Of a stretch of DNA of 64,000 nt, positions 39,588 through 49,451 are shown in pieces (the first letter of the stretch is position 1; each line of letters opens with the position of its first letter). A program made the position numbers and the translations under genes. Below the pieces are notes generated by a model that saw only the letters and a program-made list of their open reading frames with translations, was not told the DNA's origin and searched no databases. Source of the stretch: Candidatus Tabaqchalia intestinavium (GTDB taxonomy: Bacteria; Bacillota; Clostridia; Oscillospirales; CAJFTT01); the NCBI GenBank assembly GCA_904420005.1, contig CAJFTT010000044.1, forward strand, positions 41,766 to 105,765, given 5' to 3'.

Positions 39588-40280
39588 ATGAATTATTCAC
39601 ATGAAGTGGAAAGAATGTGTCCCATCACCAAGGGACCCAACCACGGCCCTGCTCCCATCCCGGAAGAGGGGAAATGGGTCAAGGCCTATCAGATCAGCGA
39701 CATCAGCGGCCTGTCCCACGGCGTGGGCTGGTGCGCGCCGCAGCAGGGCGCCTGCAAGCTGACGCTCAACGTCAAAAACGGCGTCATTGAAGAGGCGCTG
39801 GTCGAGACGCTGGGCTGCTCCGGCATGACGCATTCCGCGGCCATGGCGGCGGAGATCCTGCAGGGCAAGACCATTCTCGAAGCGCTCAACACCGACCTCG
39901 TGTGCGACGCGATCAACGTCGCCATGCGCGAGATCTTCAAGCAGCTGGTTTACGGCCGCACGCAGACGGCCTTCTCGGAGGACGGCCTGCCCATCGGCGC
40001 GTCGCTCGAGGACCTGGGCAAGGGCCTGCGCAGCCAGGTCGGCACGATGTTCGGCACCCGCGCCAAGGGCGTGCGGTATCTGGAAATGGCGGAGGGCTAT
40101 GTGCTCAACATCGCCGTGGACGAAAACGACGAGGTCGTGGGCTATAAGTTCGTCCATCTGGGCAAGATGATGGAGCAGATCCGCAAGGGCGTCGACCCGA
40201 AGGAAGCGTATGAGAAGAATATCGGCACCTACGGCCGGTACGACGGCGCCGCCAAGTACATCGATCCGCGGCAGGAATAA
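39588..40280 (+). CDS. NifU/IscU-N-terminal-like iron-sulfur scaffold-family protein
   Basis: Contains GWCAPQQGACKLTLNVKNGVIEEALVETLGCSGMTHSAAMAAEILQGKTILEAL, with the Cys spacing and helix typical of the NifU_N fold. ATG at 39588 after GAAAGGGG. Confidence 0.65.
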   Translation: MNYSHEVERMCPITKGPNHGPAPIPEEGKWVKAYQISDISGLSHGVGWCAPQQGACKLTLNVKNGVIEEALVETLGCSGMTHSAAMAAEILQGKTILEALNTDLVCDAINVAMREIFKQLVYGRTQTAFSEDGLPIGASLEDLGKGLRSQVGTMFGTRAKGVRYLEMAEGYVLNIAVDENDEVVGYKFVHLGKMMEQIRKGVDPKEAYEKNIGTYGRYDGAAKYIDPRQE

Positions 40281-40302
40281 TCAGGAAGGAGGCGTAATGT
40301 AG

Positions 40303-41301
40303 ATGATTACATTTGAAGGATACGACAGAAGAATCGACAAGATCAACAAATGCATGAAGGAATACGGCATCGGTTCGCTGGAGGAGGCCCGCGAGATCTG
40401 CCTCGCGAAGGGCGTCGACTGCGAGGCCATCGTCAAGGGCGTGCAGCCCATCGCGTTCGAGAACGCGGTCTGGGCGTATACGCTCGGCGCGGCGGTCGCC
40501 ATCCAGAAGGGCGCGAAGAACGCCGCCGACGCGGCGGAAGCCATCGGCATCGGCCTCAACGCGTTCTGCATCCCCGGCTCGGTCGCCGAGCAGCGCGACG
40601 TCGGCCTTGGCCACGGCAACCTCGGCGCGATGCTGCTGCGTCCGGAGACCAACTGCTTCTGCTTCCTCGCGGGGCATGAGTCCTTCGCGGCGGCGGAGGG
40701 CGCGATCGGCATCGCCCGCACGGCCAACAAGGTGCGCAAGAACCCGCTGCACGTCATCCTCAACGGCCTGGGCAAGGACGCGGCGTATATCATCAGCCGC
40801 ATCAACGGCTTCACCTATGTCGAGACCGATTACGACTTCAAGACCGGCGAGCTGAAGATCGTGCGGGAGAAAGCGTTCTCCGACGGCGAGAAGGCCAAGG
40901 TCAAGTGCTACGGCGCGAACGACGTGCTCGAGGGCGTGGCCATCATGAAGCAGGAGAACGTGGACGTTTCCATCACCGGCAACTCCACCAACCCCACGCG
41001 CTTCCAGCACCTGGTCGCCGGCACCTATAAGAAATGGTGCATCGAGAACGGCAAGAAATATTTCTCCGTGGCCTCCGGCGGCGGCACGGGCCGCACGCTG
41101 CACCCGGACAACATGGCGGCCGGCCCGGCTTCTTACGGCCTGACCGACTCCATGGGCCGCATGCACGGCGACGCGCAGTTCGCCGGCTCCTCCTCCGTGC
41201 CTGCGCATGTGGAGATGATGGGCCTGATCGGCATGGGCAACAACCCCATGGTTGGCGCGACCGTCGCGGTGGCCGTCGCGGTCGAAGAGGGCATGAAATA
41301 A
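40303..41301 (+). CDS. GGGtGRT-family protein (function unknown)
   Basis: Carries the family-naming motif in VASGGGTGRTLHPDN. 332 aa, 22 nt downstream of the NifU-like gene. Confidence 0.75.
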   Translation: MITFEGYDRRIDKINKCMKEYGIGSLEEAREICLAKGVDCEAIVKGVQPIAFENAVWAYTLGAAVAIQKGAKNAADAAEAIGIGLNAFCIPGSVAEQRDVGLGHGNLGAMLLRPETNCFCFLAGHESFAAAEGAIGIARTANKVRKNPLHVILNGLGKDAAYIISRINGFTYVETDYDFKTGELKIVREKAFSDGEKAKVKCYGANDVLEGVAIMKQENVDVSITGNSTNPTRFQHLVAGTYKKWCIENGKKYFSVASGGGTGRTLHPDNMAAGPASYGLTDSMGRMHGDAQFAGSSSVPAHVEMMGLIGMGNNPMVGATVAVAVAVEEGMK

Positions 41302-41337
41302 GACCGGGCGAGCTGCATAAAGCCCGGCTACGCGGAC

Positions 41338-41377
41338 GGGGCGTCTGGTGCTCGCAGCACCAGACGCCCCGTTTTTG
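41338..41377 (+). terminator. Rho-independent terminator after the GGGtGRT gene
   Basis: 15-bp stem GGGGCGTCTGGTGCT / AGCACCAGACGCCCC with loop CGC, followed by GTTTTTG. Confidence 0.8.
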
Positions 41378-41686
41378 CCGTCACACAGCCTGACGGGCCT
41401 TCTGCCGATCGTGGGCGCAAGCTGCCGGGGCGTTTGGACGCGCGGCAGATAAGGCGCTTTTCGTCCTTTCGGCCCGGGCTTGCCGGGTTTGCCGGCGATT
41501 GCGGTGGGCGCTGCAAGTCGCAGGGAGCGCCTGCCGCCTCAGTCGTGCCGGGGGGCGGCGCTTCGCTTTCCGTGGATTCGATGCGATCGCTTTTCCGTTT
41601 CTATAGGGGGAGGCGCCGGCAAGCCAGGGCTCCCAGGGCGCAGCTATTTTACAGAGCCGGTTGCGGGACTTGTGCGGATACATCTC

Positions 41687-41715
41687 TTGCAATTTGCAGG
41701 GGGATCGTATATAAT
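41687..41715 (+). promoter_or_regulatory. Sigma-70 promoter of the thi operon
   Basis: TTGCAA, 17-nt spacer, TATAAT. Confidence 0.65.
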
Positions 41716-41726
41716 AAATAAGACAA

Positions 41727-41878
41727 CTGAACAGACGGGAGCTTGTAAGACAGGCTGAGAGGAAGGTGTGACCTTCGACCGGTAACCTGATTTGGATAAT
41801 GCCAACGTAGGGAAAGCTGCGCATAAAGGGAATGCTTGCGGGAAGCTGCCAGATCGGTGGCTTCCCGCATTTGTTTTG
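41727..41878 (+). ncRNA. TPP (THI-box) riboswitch with terminator expression platform
   Basis: The aptamer carries GGGAGC...GCTGAGA...ACC...AACCTGATTTGGATAATGCCAACGTAGGGAA. The terminator stem GCGGGAAGC / GCTTCCCGC (41838-41868) is followed by ATTTGTTTTG. It lies directly upstream of thiS. Confidence 0.85.
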
Positions 41879-41894
41879 TACGGAGGGGACAAAC

Positions 41895-42089
41895 ATGGTC
41901 AAAATCAATGGGCAGAGTCTGGATATTGCCGGCAGGACCATAGCGGAATATCTGGAGGCTACCGACTATGATCCAAAGCGGATCGCCGTGGAGCGCAACG
42001 GAGAGATTGTGCCGAAAGCACGGTACGGCGAAACCATGCTGGTGGATGGCGACCGTGTGGAGGTTGTCAGCTTCGTGGGAGGTGGGTGA
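41895..42089 (+). CDS. thiS: Sulfur carrier protein ThiS
   Basis: 64 aa ending in ...VSFVGGG (C-terminal Gly-Gly). GGAGGGG RBS before the ATG at 41895. Confidence 0.85.
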   Translation: MVKINGQSLDIAGRTIAEYLEATDYDPKRIAVERNGEIVPKARYGETMLVDGDRVEVVSFVGGG

Positions 42090-42111
42090 ACTGATTCCGA
42101 CGAAAGAGGAA

Positions 42112-42726
42112 ATGGCAGAAGCGCTGGCGATGCGCCAGGGGAGGCAGCTGCAGGCGAGATTCTCTGCCGCTACGGTTGCCGTATGCGGTCTGGGCGGCCT
42201 GGGCTCCCATATCGCCATGGCGCTTGCGCGGGCGGGAATCGGCAAGCTCATTTTGTTGGATTTTGACCGGGTGGACGTCACCAATCTGCACCGCCAGCAA
42301 TATAAAGCGTCCCAGGTCGGCCAATACAAGACGCAGGCGCTCTCCGAAAATCTCAAGGAAGCAGCGCCCTATGTCGAGCTGGAAGCACATGCGGTGCGTA
42401 TCACCGAAAAGAATGCCGTGCAACTGCTCAAAGAAGCGGACATCATATGTGAAGCGTTTGATTGTCCGGAAGCGAAGGCCATGCTCGCGAATATCGTTTT
42501 GGAAGCGATGCCGGAGCAATTTTTGGTGGCGGCCTCCGGCATGGCGGGGCTTGACAGCGCCAACGGCATCCGGACGCGAAAGGTGACCGGGCGCTTTTAT
42601 CTGTGCGGGGATGAGGTCAGCGAAGTGGCGGCGGGGGCCGGCCTTGTGTCGTCCCGCGTGATGCTGTGCGCCGCGCACCAGGCTCATATGGTGCTGCGCA
42701 TCTTGGCAGGAAAATTGGAACCATAA
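42112..42726 (+). CDS. thiF: ThiF-type sulfur-carrier adenylyltransferase
   Basis: Contains VAVCGLGGLGSHIAMALARAGIGKLILLDFDRV (Rossmann/E1-like). Start is uncertain: ATG at 42112 or GTG at 42082. Confidence 0.8.
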   Translation: MAEALAMRQGRQLQARFSAATVAVCGLGGLGSHIAMALARAGIGKLILLDFDRVDVTNLHRQQYKASQVGQYKTQALSENLKEAAPYVELEAHAVRITEKNAVQLLKEADIICEAFDCPEAKAMLANIVLEAMPEQFLVAASGMAGLDSANGIRTRKVTGRFYLCGDEVSEVAAGAGLVSSRVMLCAAHQAHMVLRILAGKLEP

Positions 42727-42744
42727 AGAAAGAAGGAAACGGAA

Positions 42745-43515
42745 ATGAACAACGACAAATTGGTCATCGGCGGGCATGCGTTTCATTCCAGATTCATTCT
42801 CGGATCTGGCAAATATTCTTTGAATCTCATCGAAGCGGCCGTTCAGGATGCGGGCGCGGAAATCATCACCCTTGCCGTGCGCCGCGCCAATACCAAGGAG
42901 CAGGAGAACATCCTCGATTTCATTCCCCAGGGAGTCACCCTGCTTCCCAACACCAGCGGAGCGAGAGATGCGCAGGAAGCCGTTCGGATCGCAAGGCTGG
43001 CGCGCGAACTGGGATGCGGGGATTTTGTGAAAATCGAAATTATGCGCGATTCGAAATATCTGCTCCCCGACAACCAGGAAACGATCAAAGCCACGGAAAT
43101 TCTCGCCAAAGAAGGCTTCGTCGTCATGCCGTATATGTACCCGGATCTGAACGTCGCCCGCGACCTGGCGAACGCCGGTGCCGCCGCCGTGATGCCGCTG
43201 GCCGCCCCCATCGGCTCCAACAAGGGGCTGGCGACCAGAGATTTTATTCAGATCCTCCTGGATGAAATCGATCTGCCCATTATTGTGGACGCCGGTATCG
43301 GCAGGCCGTCCCAGGCGTGTGAAGCCATGGAGATGGGCGCCGCGGCGATCATGGCCAATACCGCGCTTGCGACCGCCGGCGATCTTCCCATGATGGCGGC
43401 CGCGTTCCGCCAGGCCATCGAGGCGGGCCGAAAGGCTTACCTCGCAGGGCTTGGCCGCGTCCTCACCCGTGGGGCCTCTGCGTCTGATCCGCTGACCGGC
43501 TTCCTTCGGGACTGA
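42745..43515 (+). CDS. thiG: Thiazole synthase
   Basis: 256 aa. [19 protein letters not shown] is a typical ThiG N-terminus. Operon context supports the call. Confidence 0.9.
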   Translation: MNNDKLVIGGHAFHSRFILGSGKYSLNLIEAAVQDAGAEIITLAVRRANTKEQENILDFIPQGVTLLPNTSGARDAQEAVRIARLARELGCGDFVKIEIMRDSKYLLPDNQETIKATEILAKEGFVVMPYMYPDLNVARDLANAGAAAVMPLAAPIGSNKGLATRDFIQILLDEIDLPIIVDAGIGRPSQACEAMEMGAAAIMANTALATAGDLPMMAAAFRQAIEAGRKAYLAGLGRVLTRGASASDPLTGFLRD

Positions 43516-43527
43516 GGGGGTGGATGT

Positions 43528-44781
43528 ATGGAAAATCAATTTTTTGTGGATTCGGGCCATCTGTCTGCCGAAGCGCTGGCCAGAAAGCACCGGCTGGAAA
43601 ACGACCCGGCCTCTCGGACCAGCCCGATGGAATATTTGCCGGGGATGGAAAAGATCGAATCGGAGGTTTGCGCCAATGTCATCAAACAGATGCAAGCCTT
43701 TGATTATTCGGTCTATACGGCAAAAGATGTAAAAGCCGCGCTGGATCACGAGACCTGCACTCTGGAGGATTTCAAAGCCTTGCTGTCGCCTGCGGCGGAG
43801 CCTTTCCTCGAGCAGATGGCGCAGAGGGCGAGGATAGAAACAGGCAAGCATTTCGGCAATACCGTCTATCTGTTCACCCCGCTCTATATTGCCAATTACT
43901 GTGAGAATTATTGCGTTTATTGCGGCTTCAACTGCTATAACCATATTCATCGCATGAAACTGACGATGGAGCAGATCGAGCACGAAATGAAAGTGATCGC
44001 GGACAGCGGCATGGAGGAGATCCTGATTCTCACCGGGGAGAGCCGCGCGCAGAGCGATGTGCCTTATATCGGAGAAGCCTGCAAGCTGGCGAGAAAATAT
44101 TTCCGCATGGTCGGCCTGGAGATCTATCCGGTCAACACGGACGAATACCGGTTCCTCCATGAATGCGGCGCGGACTATGTTACCGTTTTCCAGGAGACCT
44201 ACGATGTGGAGAAATACGAGCAACTGCATCTTTCGGGCCACAAGCGCGTATGGCCTTATCGCTTTGACGCGCAGGAGCGCGCGCTGCGGGGCGGTATGCG
44301 CGGCGTAGCGTTTTCGGCGCTGCTCGGCCTTTCGGATTTCCGCAAGGATGCCCTGGCCAGCGCGCTGCATGTGTACTACTTACAGCGGAAATATCCTTAC
44401 GCGGAAATGTCGCTGTCCTGTCCACGCCTTCGCCCGATCATCAACAACGACAAGATCAATCCCCTGGACGTCCATGAAAAGCAGCTTTGCCAGATTCTTT
44501 GCGCTTACCGGATTTTCCTGCCCTTTGTCGGCATTACCGTTTCTTCCCGCGAGAGCGCCGCGTTCCGCAACGGGATTGTGAAGATTGCCGCGACAAAAGT
44601 TTCCGCCGGCGTGTCGACGGGCATCGGCGATCATGAGAGCAAATACAGCGGAAAGGAGTCGGACGGGATGCAGGGCGACGAGCAATTTGAAATCGACGAC
44701 AGCCGCAGCCTTGAAAGCATGTACCGCGATATCGCCGAAGAAGGTTTGCAGCCCGTTTTGAATGATTACCTGTATGTCTGA
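43528..44781 (+). CDS. thiH: 2-iminoacetate synthase (radical SAM)
   Basis: CENYCVYCGF (CxxxCxxC motif). 417 aa. Operon context supports the call. Confidence 0.9.
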   Translation: MENQFFVDSGHLSAEALARKHRLENDPASRTSPMEYLPGMEKIESEVCANVIKQMQAFDYSVYTAKDVKAALDHETCTLEDFKALLSPAAEPFLEQMAQRARIETGKHFGNTVYLFTPLYIANYCENYCVYCGFNCYNHIHRMKLTMEQIEHEMKVIADSGMEEILILTGESRAQSDVPYIGEACKLARKYFRMVGLEIYPVNTDEYRFLHECGADYVTVFQETYDVEKYEQLHLSGHKRVWPYRFDAQERALRGGMRGVAFSALLGLSDFRKDALASALHVYYLQRKYPYAEMSLSCPRLRPIINNDKINPLDVHEKQLCQILCAYRIFLPFVGITVSSRESAAFRNGIVKIAATKVSAGVSTGIGDHESKYSGKESDGMQGDEQFEIDDSRSLESMYRDIAEEGLQPVLNDYLYV

Positions 44782-45364
44782 TATTCTCTGCGTGACCAAT
44801 CGGAAGCTCTGCGCGGAAGACTTCCGGACCCGCATCGAGAAAATCGCCCGCGCGAAGCCCGCGGGGATTATCCTGCGGGAGAAAGATCTGTCCGAGACCG
44901 AATACAGAACGCTGGCGGCAGACGTGCTGTCTATCTGCAGGCGATATGACGTACCGTGCATCCTGCACAGCTTTGTCCGTGTGGCGATCGCCTTGGAGGC
45001 GCCGGCCATTCATCTGCCGCTGCCGCTGCTTTCGCAGCTCGGGGAGGACGACAAGGCGCGCTTTTCCGTCATCGGCGCTTCTTGCCATTCGGTCGAAGAG
45101 GCGCAGGCGGCCGCGCGCATGGGCTGCACCTATGTGACTGCCGGCCACGTGTTTGAAACCGGATGCAAAGCCGGTCTGCCGGGGCGGGGGCTGGATTTCC
45201 TGAAGGCGGTATGCGGGAGCGTCTGTGTTCCCGTATATGCCATCGGCGGCATCCGGGCCGAAAAGATCGCCGCGGTCCGGCAGTGCGGAGCAGAAGGCGC
45301 CTGCGTGATGAGCGGCGCCATGACGTGTGACGATGTCCAGGAATATTTGGGAGCGTTTGTATGA
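44774..45364 (+). CDS. TMP-TenI family protein (ThiE paralog; possible TenI-like thiazole tautomerase)
   Basis: MSDILCVTNRKLC... and ILREKDL are typical of the ThiE/TenI fold. It overlaps the thiH stop (ATGTCTGA). The alternative start is the ATG at 44762. Confidence 0.7.
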   Translation: MSDILCVTNRKLCAEDFRTRIEKIARAKPAGIILREKDLSETEYRTLAADVLSICRRYDVPCILHSFVRVAIALEAPAIHLPLPLLSQLGEDDKARFSVIGASCHSVEEAQAAARMGCTYVTAGHVFETGCKAGLPGRGLDFLKAVCGSVCVPVYAIGGIRAEKIAAVRQCGAEGACVMSGAMTCDDVQEYLGAFV

Positions 45365-46020
45365 AATTTAGCAAAGACATGCTGCTGCTTTATGCGGTCA
45401 CCGACCGCAGCTGGGCGGGCGGACAAACTTTCTATGCGCAGCTGGAGGCCGCGCTGCGGGGCGGCGCGACTCTCGTCCAGCTTCGCGAAAAAACGCTGGC
45501 AGAGGACGCGTACCTGGCGGAAGCGGTGCAGGTAAGGGCGCTTTGCCATCGATACGATGTACCTCTGATCGTCAATGACAATGTGGACGTGGCGCTCAAA
45601 AGCGGCGCGGACGGCGTGCATGTCGGTATGGAGGATACGCCCGTTTCCGAGATCCGCAGGCGAGCGCCAAGGGAATTCATCATCGGCGCGACCGCAAAAA
45701 CGGTAGCGCAAGCGCGCGCCGCGGAAAAAGCGGGGGCGGATTATATTGGCGTTGGCGCCGTTTTCCCATCTCCGACGAAGAAAAATGCGATTCGCATCAC
45801 CACGCAGCAGCTCAAAGAAATCTGTTGCTCGGTTTCCATCCCCGCCGTTGCGATCGGGGGGATCTGCCTTGAAAATATGATGGAGATAGAAGGCGGCGGT
45901 ATGGCGGGGATTGCCGTTGTATCTGCGATCTTTGCCGCCGACGATATACAGCAGGCGACTGCCCAGCTCAAAGAAAAGGCAAAAGCGGTGGTGCGGCAGG
46001 ATCGAGGGGGAATCCTTTGA
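45361..46020 (+). CDS. thiE: Thiamine-phosphate diphosphorylase
   Basis: Contains LLLYAVTDRSW and LVQLREK. ATGA overlap with the previous gene. 219 aa. Confidence 0.85.
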   Translation: MKFSKDMLLLYAVTDRSWAGGQTFYAQLEAALRGGATLVQLREKTLAEDAYLAEAVQVRALCHRYDVPLIVNDNVDVALKSGADGVHVGMEDTPVSEIRRRAPREFIIGATAKTVAQARAAEKAGADYIGVGAVFPSPTKKNAIRITTQQLKEICCSVSIPAVAIGGICLENMMEIEGGGMAGIAVVSAIFAADDIQQATAQLKEKAKAVVRQDRGGIL

Positions 46021-46216
46021 CCCGGCCGGGGCGCGGTGGAGATCGGAGGCACGCCGATTCGCGCAATCCAGTATTGGCGGGGGATTAAGTTGGAAAGTGA
46101 TTGCAATGGGAGGGGCTTTGGGAGTAAGATAAAGCCATAGCAACCAAGCGGCAGACCGGGGGCACCACTCTCTGTCGCTCTATAAAAGTAATGCGATACC
46201 ATCAGAAAGGAGCAAA

Positions 46217-47023
46217 ATGATGAGAACAGCATTATCCATCGCGGGCAGTGACTCCTGCGGAGGCGCCGGCATTCAGGCGGACATCAAAACCATGACGATG
46301 CATGGCGTCTATGCCATGAGCGCGATCACAGCCCTCACGGCGCAAAACACGACCGGCGTTCGGGGCGTGCAGGAGTCCTCTCCGGCCTTCTTAAAAGCGC
46401 AGATCGACGCTGTTTTTGAGGACATTTTCCCCGATGCAGTCAAGATCGGCATGGTTCCTTCGGCAGCGCTGATCCGGGTGATCGCCGACCGGCTCCGGTT
46501 CTATGCGGCGAGCAATATTGTGGTCGATCCCGTTATGGTGTCCACCAGCGGCGCAAAGCTGATGGAAACCGATGCGGTATCCACGCTGACGCGGGAACTG
46601 TTGCCCTTGGCGACCCTCGTTACACCCAATATTCCCGAAGCGGAGGTTCTATCTGGCATCCCTGTCTGCGACAAAGAAGAGATGCAAACAGCGGCCAGAC
46701 GGATTGGCGATGCCTATGGCTGCGCTGTGCTGGTCAAAGGCGGGCACAGCGTCAGCGACGCCAGCGATTTTCTGTATGCAAACGGGGAATGCCGCTGGCT
46801 GGAAGGGCGGCGCATTGCCAATCCCAACACACACGGTACGGGCTGCACGCTGTCTTCCGCCATCGCCGCCAACCTTGCCAAGGGGTTTGACCTTGCTGAA
46901 TCCGTAAAAAGAGCCAAGGATTATCTATCCGGCGCGCTGGCCGCGATGCTGGATCTGGGGAAGGGTTCAGGACCGATGCAACATAACTTTGATCTGAACA
47001 GCCGCTTTGCCGATGAGGCGTAA
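46217..47023 (+). CDS. thiD: Hydroxymethylpyrimidine/phosphomethylpyrimidine kinase
   Basis: ALSIAGSDSCGGAGIQADIKT motif. 268 aa. AAGGAG RBS. Confidence 0.9.
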   Translation: MMRTALSIAGSDSCGGAGIQADIKTMTMHGVYAMSAITALTAQNTTGVRGVQESSPAFLKAQIDAVFEDIFPDAVKIGMVPSAALIRVIADRLRFYAASNIVVDPVMVSTSGAKLMETDAVSTLTRELLPLATLVTPNIPEAEVLSGIPVCDKEEMQTAARRIGDAYGCAVLVKGGHSVSDASDFLYANGECRWLEGRRIANPNTHGTGCTLSSAIAANLAKGFDLAESVKRAKDYLSGALAAMLDLGKGSGPMQHNFDLNSRFADEA

Positions 47024-47053
47024 TACGATCGGATGAGAAAGGAGATCGACAGG

Positions 47054-48358
47054 ATGAGAAATTATACAACGCAAATGGACGCTGCAAGAAGAGGCATCAT
47101 CACGCCGGAAATGAAGGCCGTTGCCGCCAAGGAGTACCGTTCGGAAGAAGAAATACGGGATCTTGTTTCCAGGGGCCAGGTTGTGATCTGCGCCAACAAG
47201 CTGCACACCTGCATCGAGCCCAACGGCGTAGGCTCCATGCTTCGCACCAAGATCAATGTTAACCTCGGCGTATCCCGTGACTGCAAGGATTACGACGTCG
47301 AAATGCAGAAGGTCATGGCGGCGGTGCATATGGGCGCGGAGGCGATCATGGATCTTTCCTCCCACGGCGATACCCGGCCCTTCCGCCGCAAGCTCACAAG
47401 CGAATGCCCCGCCATGATCGGGACCGTCCCGGTTTACGACAGCGTTATCCATTATCAGAGGGATCTGGCCACCCTGACGGCCAAGGACTTTATCGATGTC
47501 GTCCGGCTTCATGCGCAGGACGGCGTGGACTTTGTCACCCTGCATTGCGGCATCACGCGCAAGACCATTGAGCAGATCCGGAAACATAAGCGGAAAATGA
47601 ATATCGTGTCTCGCGGCGGCTCGCTCGTTTTTGCCTGGATGTGCATGACTGGCGAGGAAAACCCCTTTTACGAATATTTCGACGAGATTCTGGACATTTG
47701 CCGCGAATATGACGTCACCATTTCCCTCGGAGACGCCTGCCGGCCCGGCTGCCTGGCCGATGGCAGCGATGTCTGCCAGATCGAAGAGCTCGTCCGCCTC
47801 GGCGAGCTGACCAAGCGCGCCTGGGAGAAAGATGTGCAGGTTATGGTGGAGGGGCCCGGCCACATGCCGATGGATCAGATCGAGGCGAATATGAAGTTGC
47901 AGCAGACCATTTGCATGGGGGCGCCCTTCTATGTCCTCGGGCCGATCGTGACGGATATTGCGCCCGGCTATGATCATATCACATCGGCGATCGGCGGCGC
48001 GATCGCGGCGGCCGCGGGCGCGGCGTTCCTCTGCTATGTGACGCCCGCGGAGCATCTGGCGCTTCCCAATGTGGAGGATGTCAAGCAGGGCATCATCGCT
48101 TCCAGGATTGCGGCCCACGCGGCGGATATCGCCAAAAAGGTTCCCCATGCGAGGGATCTCGACGATGCGATGGCCGACGCCCGCAGAACCTTCGACTGGG
48201 AAAAGCAATGGGCGTGTTCCCTGGATCCGGAAACGGCCAAACGTATCCGCGAGGACAGGGCGCCGGAGCATGAGGACAGCTGCTCGATGTGCGGCAAGTT
48301 CTGCGCGGTGAGAAGCATGAATAAAGCGCTCAGCGGTGAATATATCGATATTTTGTAA
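47054..48358 (+). CDS. thiC: Phosphomethylpyrimidine synthase
   Basis: [20 protein letters not shown] is a typical ThiC N-terminus. C-terminal CSMCGKFC cluster motif. Start taken at ATG 47054 after GGAG; the track ORF starts at 47033. Confidence 0.9.
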   Translation: MRNYTTQMDAARRGIITPEMKAVAAKEYRSEEEIRDLVSRGQVVICANKLHTCIEPNGVGSMLRTKINVNLGVSRDCKDYDVEMQKVMAAVHMGAEAIMDLSSHGDTRPFRRKLTSECPAMIGTVPVYDSVIHYQRDLATLTAKDFIDVVRLHAQDGVDFVTLHCGITRKTIEQIRKHKRKMNIVSRGGSLVFAWMCMTGEENPFYEYFDEILDICREYDVTISLGDACRPGCLADGSDVCQIEELVRLGELTKRAWEKDVQVMVEGPGHMPMDQIEANMKLQQTICMGAPFYVLGPIVTDIAPGYDHITSAIGGAIAAAAGAAFLCYVTPAEHLALPNVEDVKQGIIASRIAAHAADIAKKVPHARDLDDAMADARRTFDWEKQWACSLDPETAKRIREDRAPEHEDSCSMCGKFCAVRSMNKALSGEYIDIL

Positions 48359-48443
48359 TAGACGCGGGAAAGAGACAGGCGGTATCCCCGGCGCGGCAAA
48401 CGTCCGGGAAGCGGGCGCAGCGCCGCGAGCCCTCTGCAAGAAA

Positions 48444-48492
48444 ACGCCGCAGCCGTCGCACTTTACCATACGGGACTGCGGCGCTTTTTGCA
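48444..48492 (+). terminator. Terminator-like hairpin after thiC
   Basis: GCCGCAGCCGT...ACGGGACTGCGGC is an imperfect stem, followed by GCTTTTTGC. Confidence 0.5.
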
Positions 48493-48617
48493 CCGAGGGC
48501 GGGAAACCTGGCGATCGCGACGCGACGAAACGCCCCAGCAGGCGCGGGCAGATCGCACAGGTCCTGCAAATGACACAGGATCCCCGGGCCGCGGCAGGGA
48601 AGCCGGACCCGCGGACT

Positions 48618-49451
48618 TCAGCGCAGCCAGACCTCGAACACCAGATAGCACAAGCCGAACACAACTGGCTGATGCAGCAGGTAGATCAGCAGCGTATGCC
48701 GGCCGACGAAATCAAACACCGGCAGCCGCGCCGTATACACCCAGCGCGGGAACCGTCCGGCGCGCAGGTATTTGCCGGCCCAGGCGCCGAAAAAGAACAG
48801 CAGCGTCCAGGGCAGCAGCGGGAAATAATCCGCCGAAAAGAAACTCGGATGGGCAAAGCCCAGCCAGTACAGCCCCTGCACATCCCAGCTGCGTTCAGAC
48901 AGGACGTAAAACACACCAAAGCCGATGAGCAGCAGGCAGGGGACCACGACGCCCATCACGCGGTTGGCGGTCAGCCGGTCGAACAGCCCGCCCAGCAGAC
49001 CCCACAGCAGCATCGAGCAGCCGAGCATGTGCAGGATGCCAAAGCGGATCTGCACGCCGGAGAACAAAACAGGATCCATCGCGGGCAGCACGACGCAGGT
49101 CACGAACGTCAGCAGACAGCCGAACAGGAGCACCCGCGCGCCGCGCCGCAGATTGCTGCGCGAATAGCGGCAGGCCATGCCGGAGATGAGCACAAACAGG
49201 CACTGAAAGGCCGGCTGCAGGATATCGTTGAGCAGAAACGACCCGGAAAAGTCCCGGCACCAGTGCAGCAGGGTCAGCATCCAGTCCGGCACATTCGTGC
49301 GGTAAAAGACCTCCGTCAGATCAAACAGCAGGTGCTGCAGCACCATAGCGACGATGGCGACGCCGCGCAGCCCATCGAGCAGATGCACGCGGGGCGGGCG
49401 GGGCTGCGCCGCCTCCTGCGGCGCGGAAGAAATTTCGATCGTATTGTCCAA
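48618..49451 (-). CDS. DUF1624/heparan-alpha-glucosaminide N-acetyltransferase-like membrane protein
   Basis: RVHLLDGLRGVAIVAMVLQHL opening motif and about 9 hydrophobic helices. 277 aa. Confidence 0.65.
   Translation of the reverse strand: MDNTIEISSAPQEAAQPRPPRVHLLDGLRGVAIVAMVLQHLLFDLTEVFYRTNVPDWMLTLLHWCRDFSGSFLLNDILQPAFQCLFVLISGMACRYSRSNLRRGARVLLFGCLLTFVTCVVLPAMDPVLFSGVQIRFGILHMLGCSMLLWGLLGGLFDRLTANRVMGVVVPCLLLIGFGVFYVLSERSWDVQGLYWLGFAHPSFFSADYFPLLPWTLLFFFGAWAGKYLRAGRFPRWVYTARLPVFDFVGRHTLLIYLLHQPVVFGLCYLVFEVWLR

Noticed and set aside
46021-46216. Second TPP riboswitch or internal promoter between thiE and thiD.
   Set aside because: No CTGAGA...ACCTGAT...GGATAATGCC THI-box elements, and no clear -35/-10 pair.
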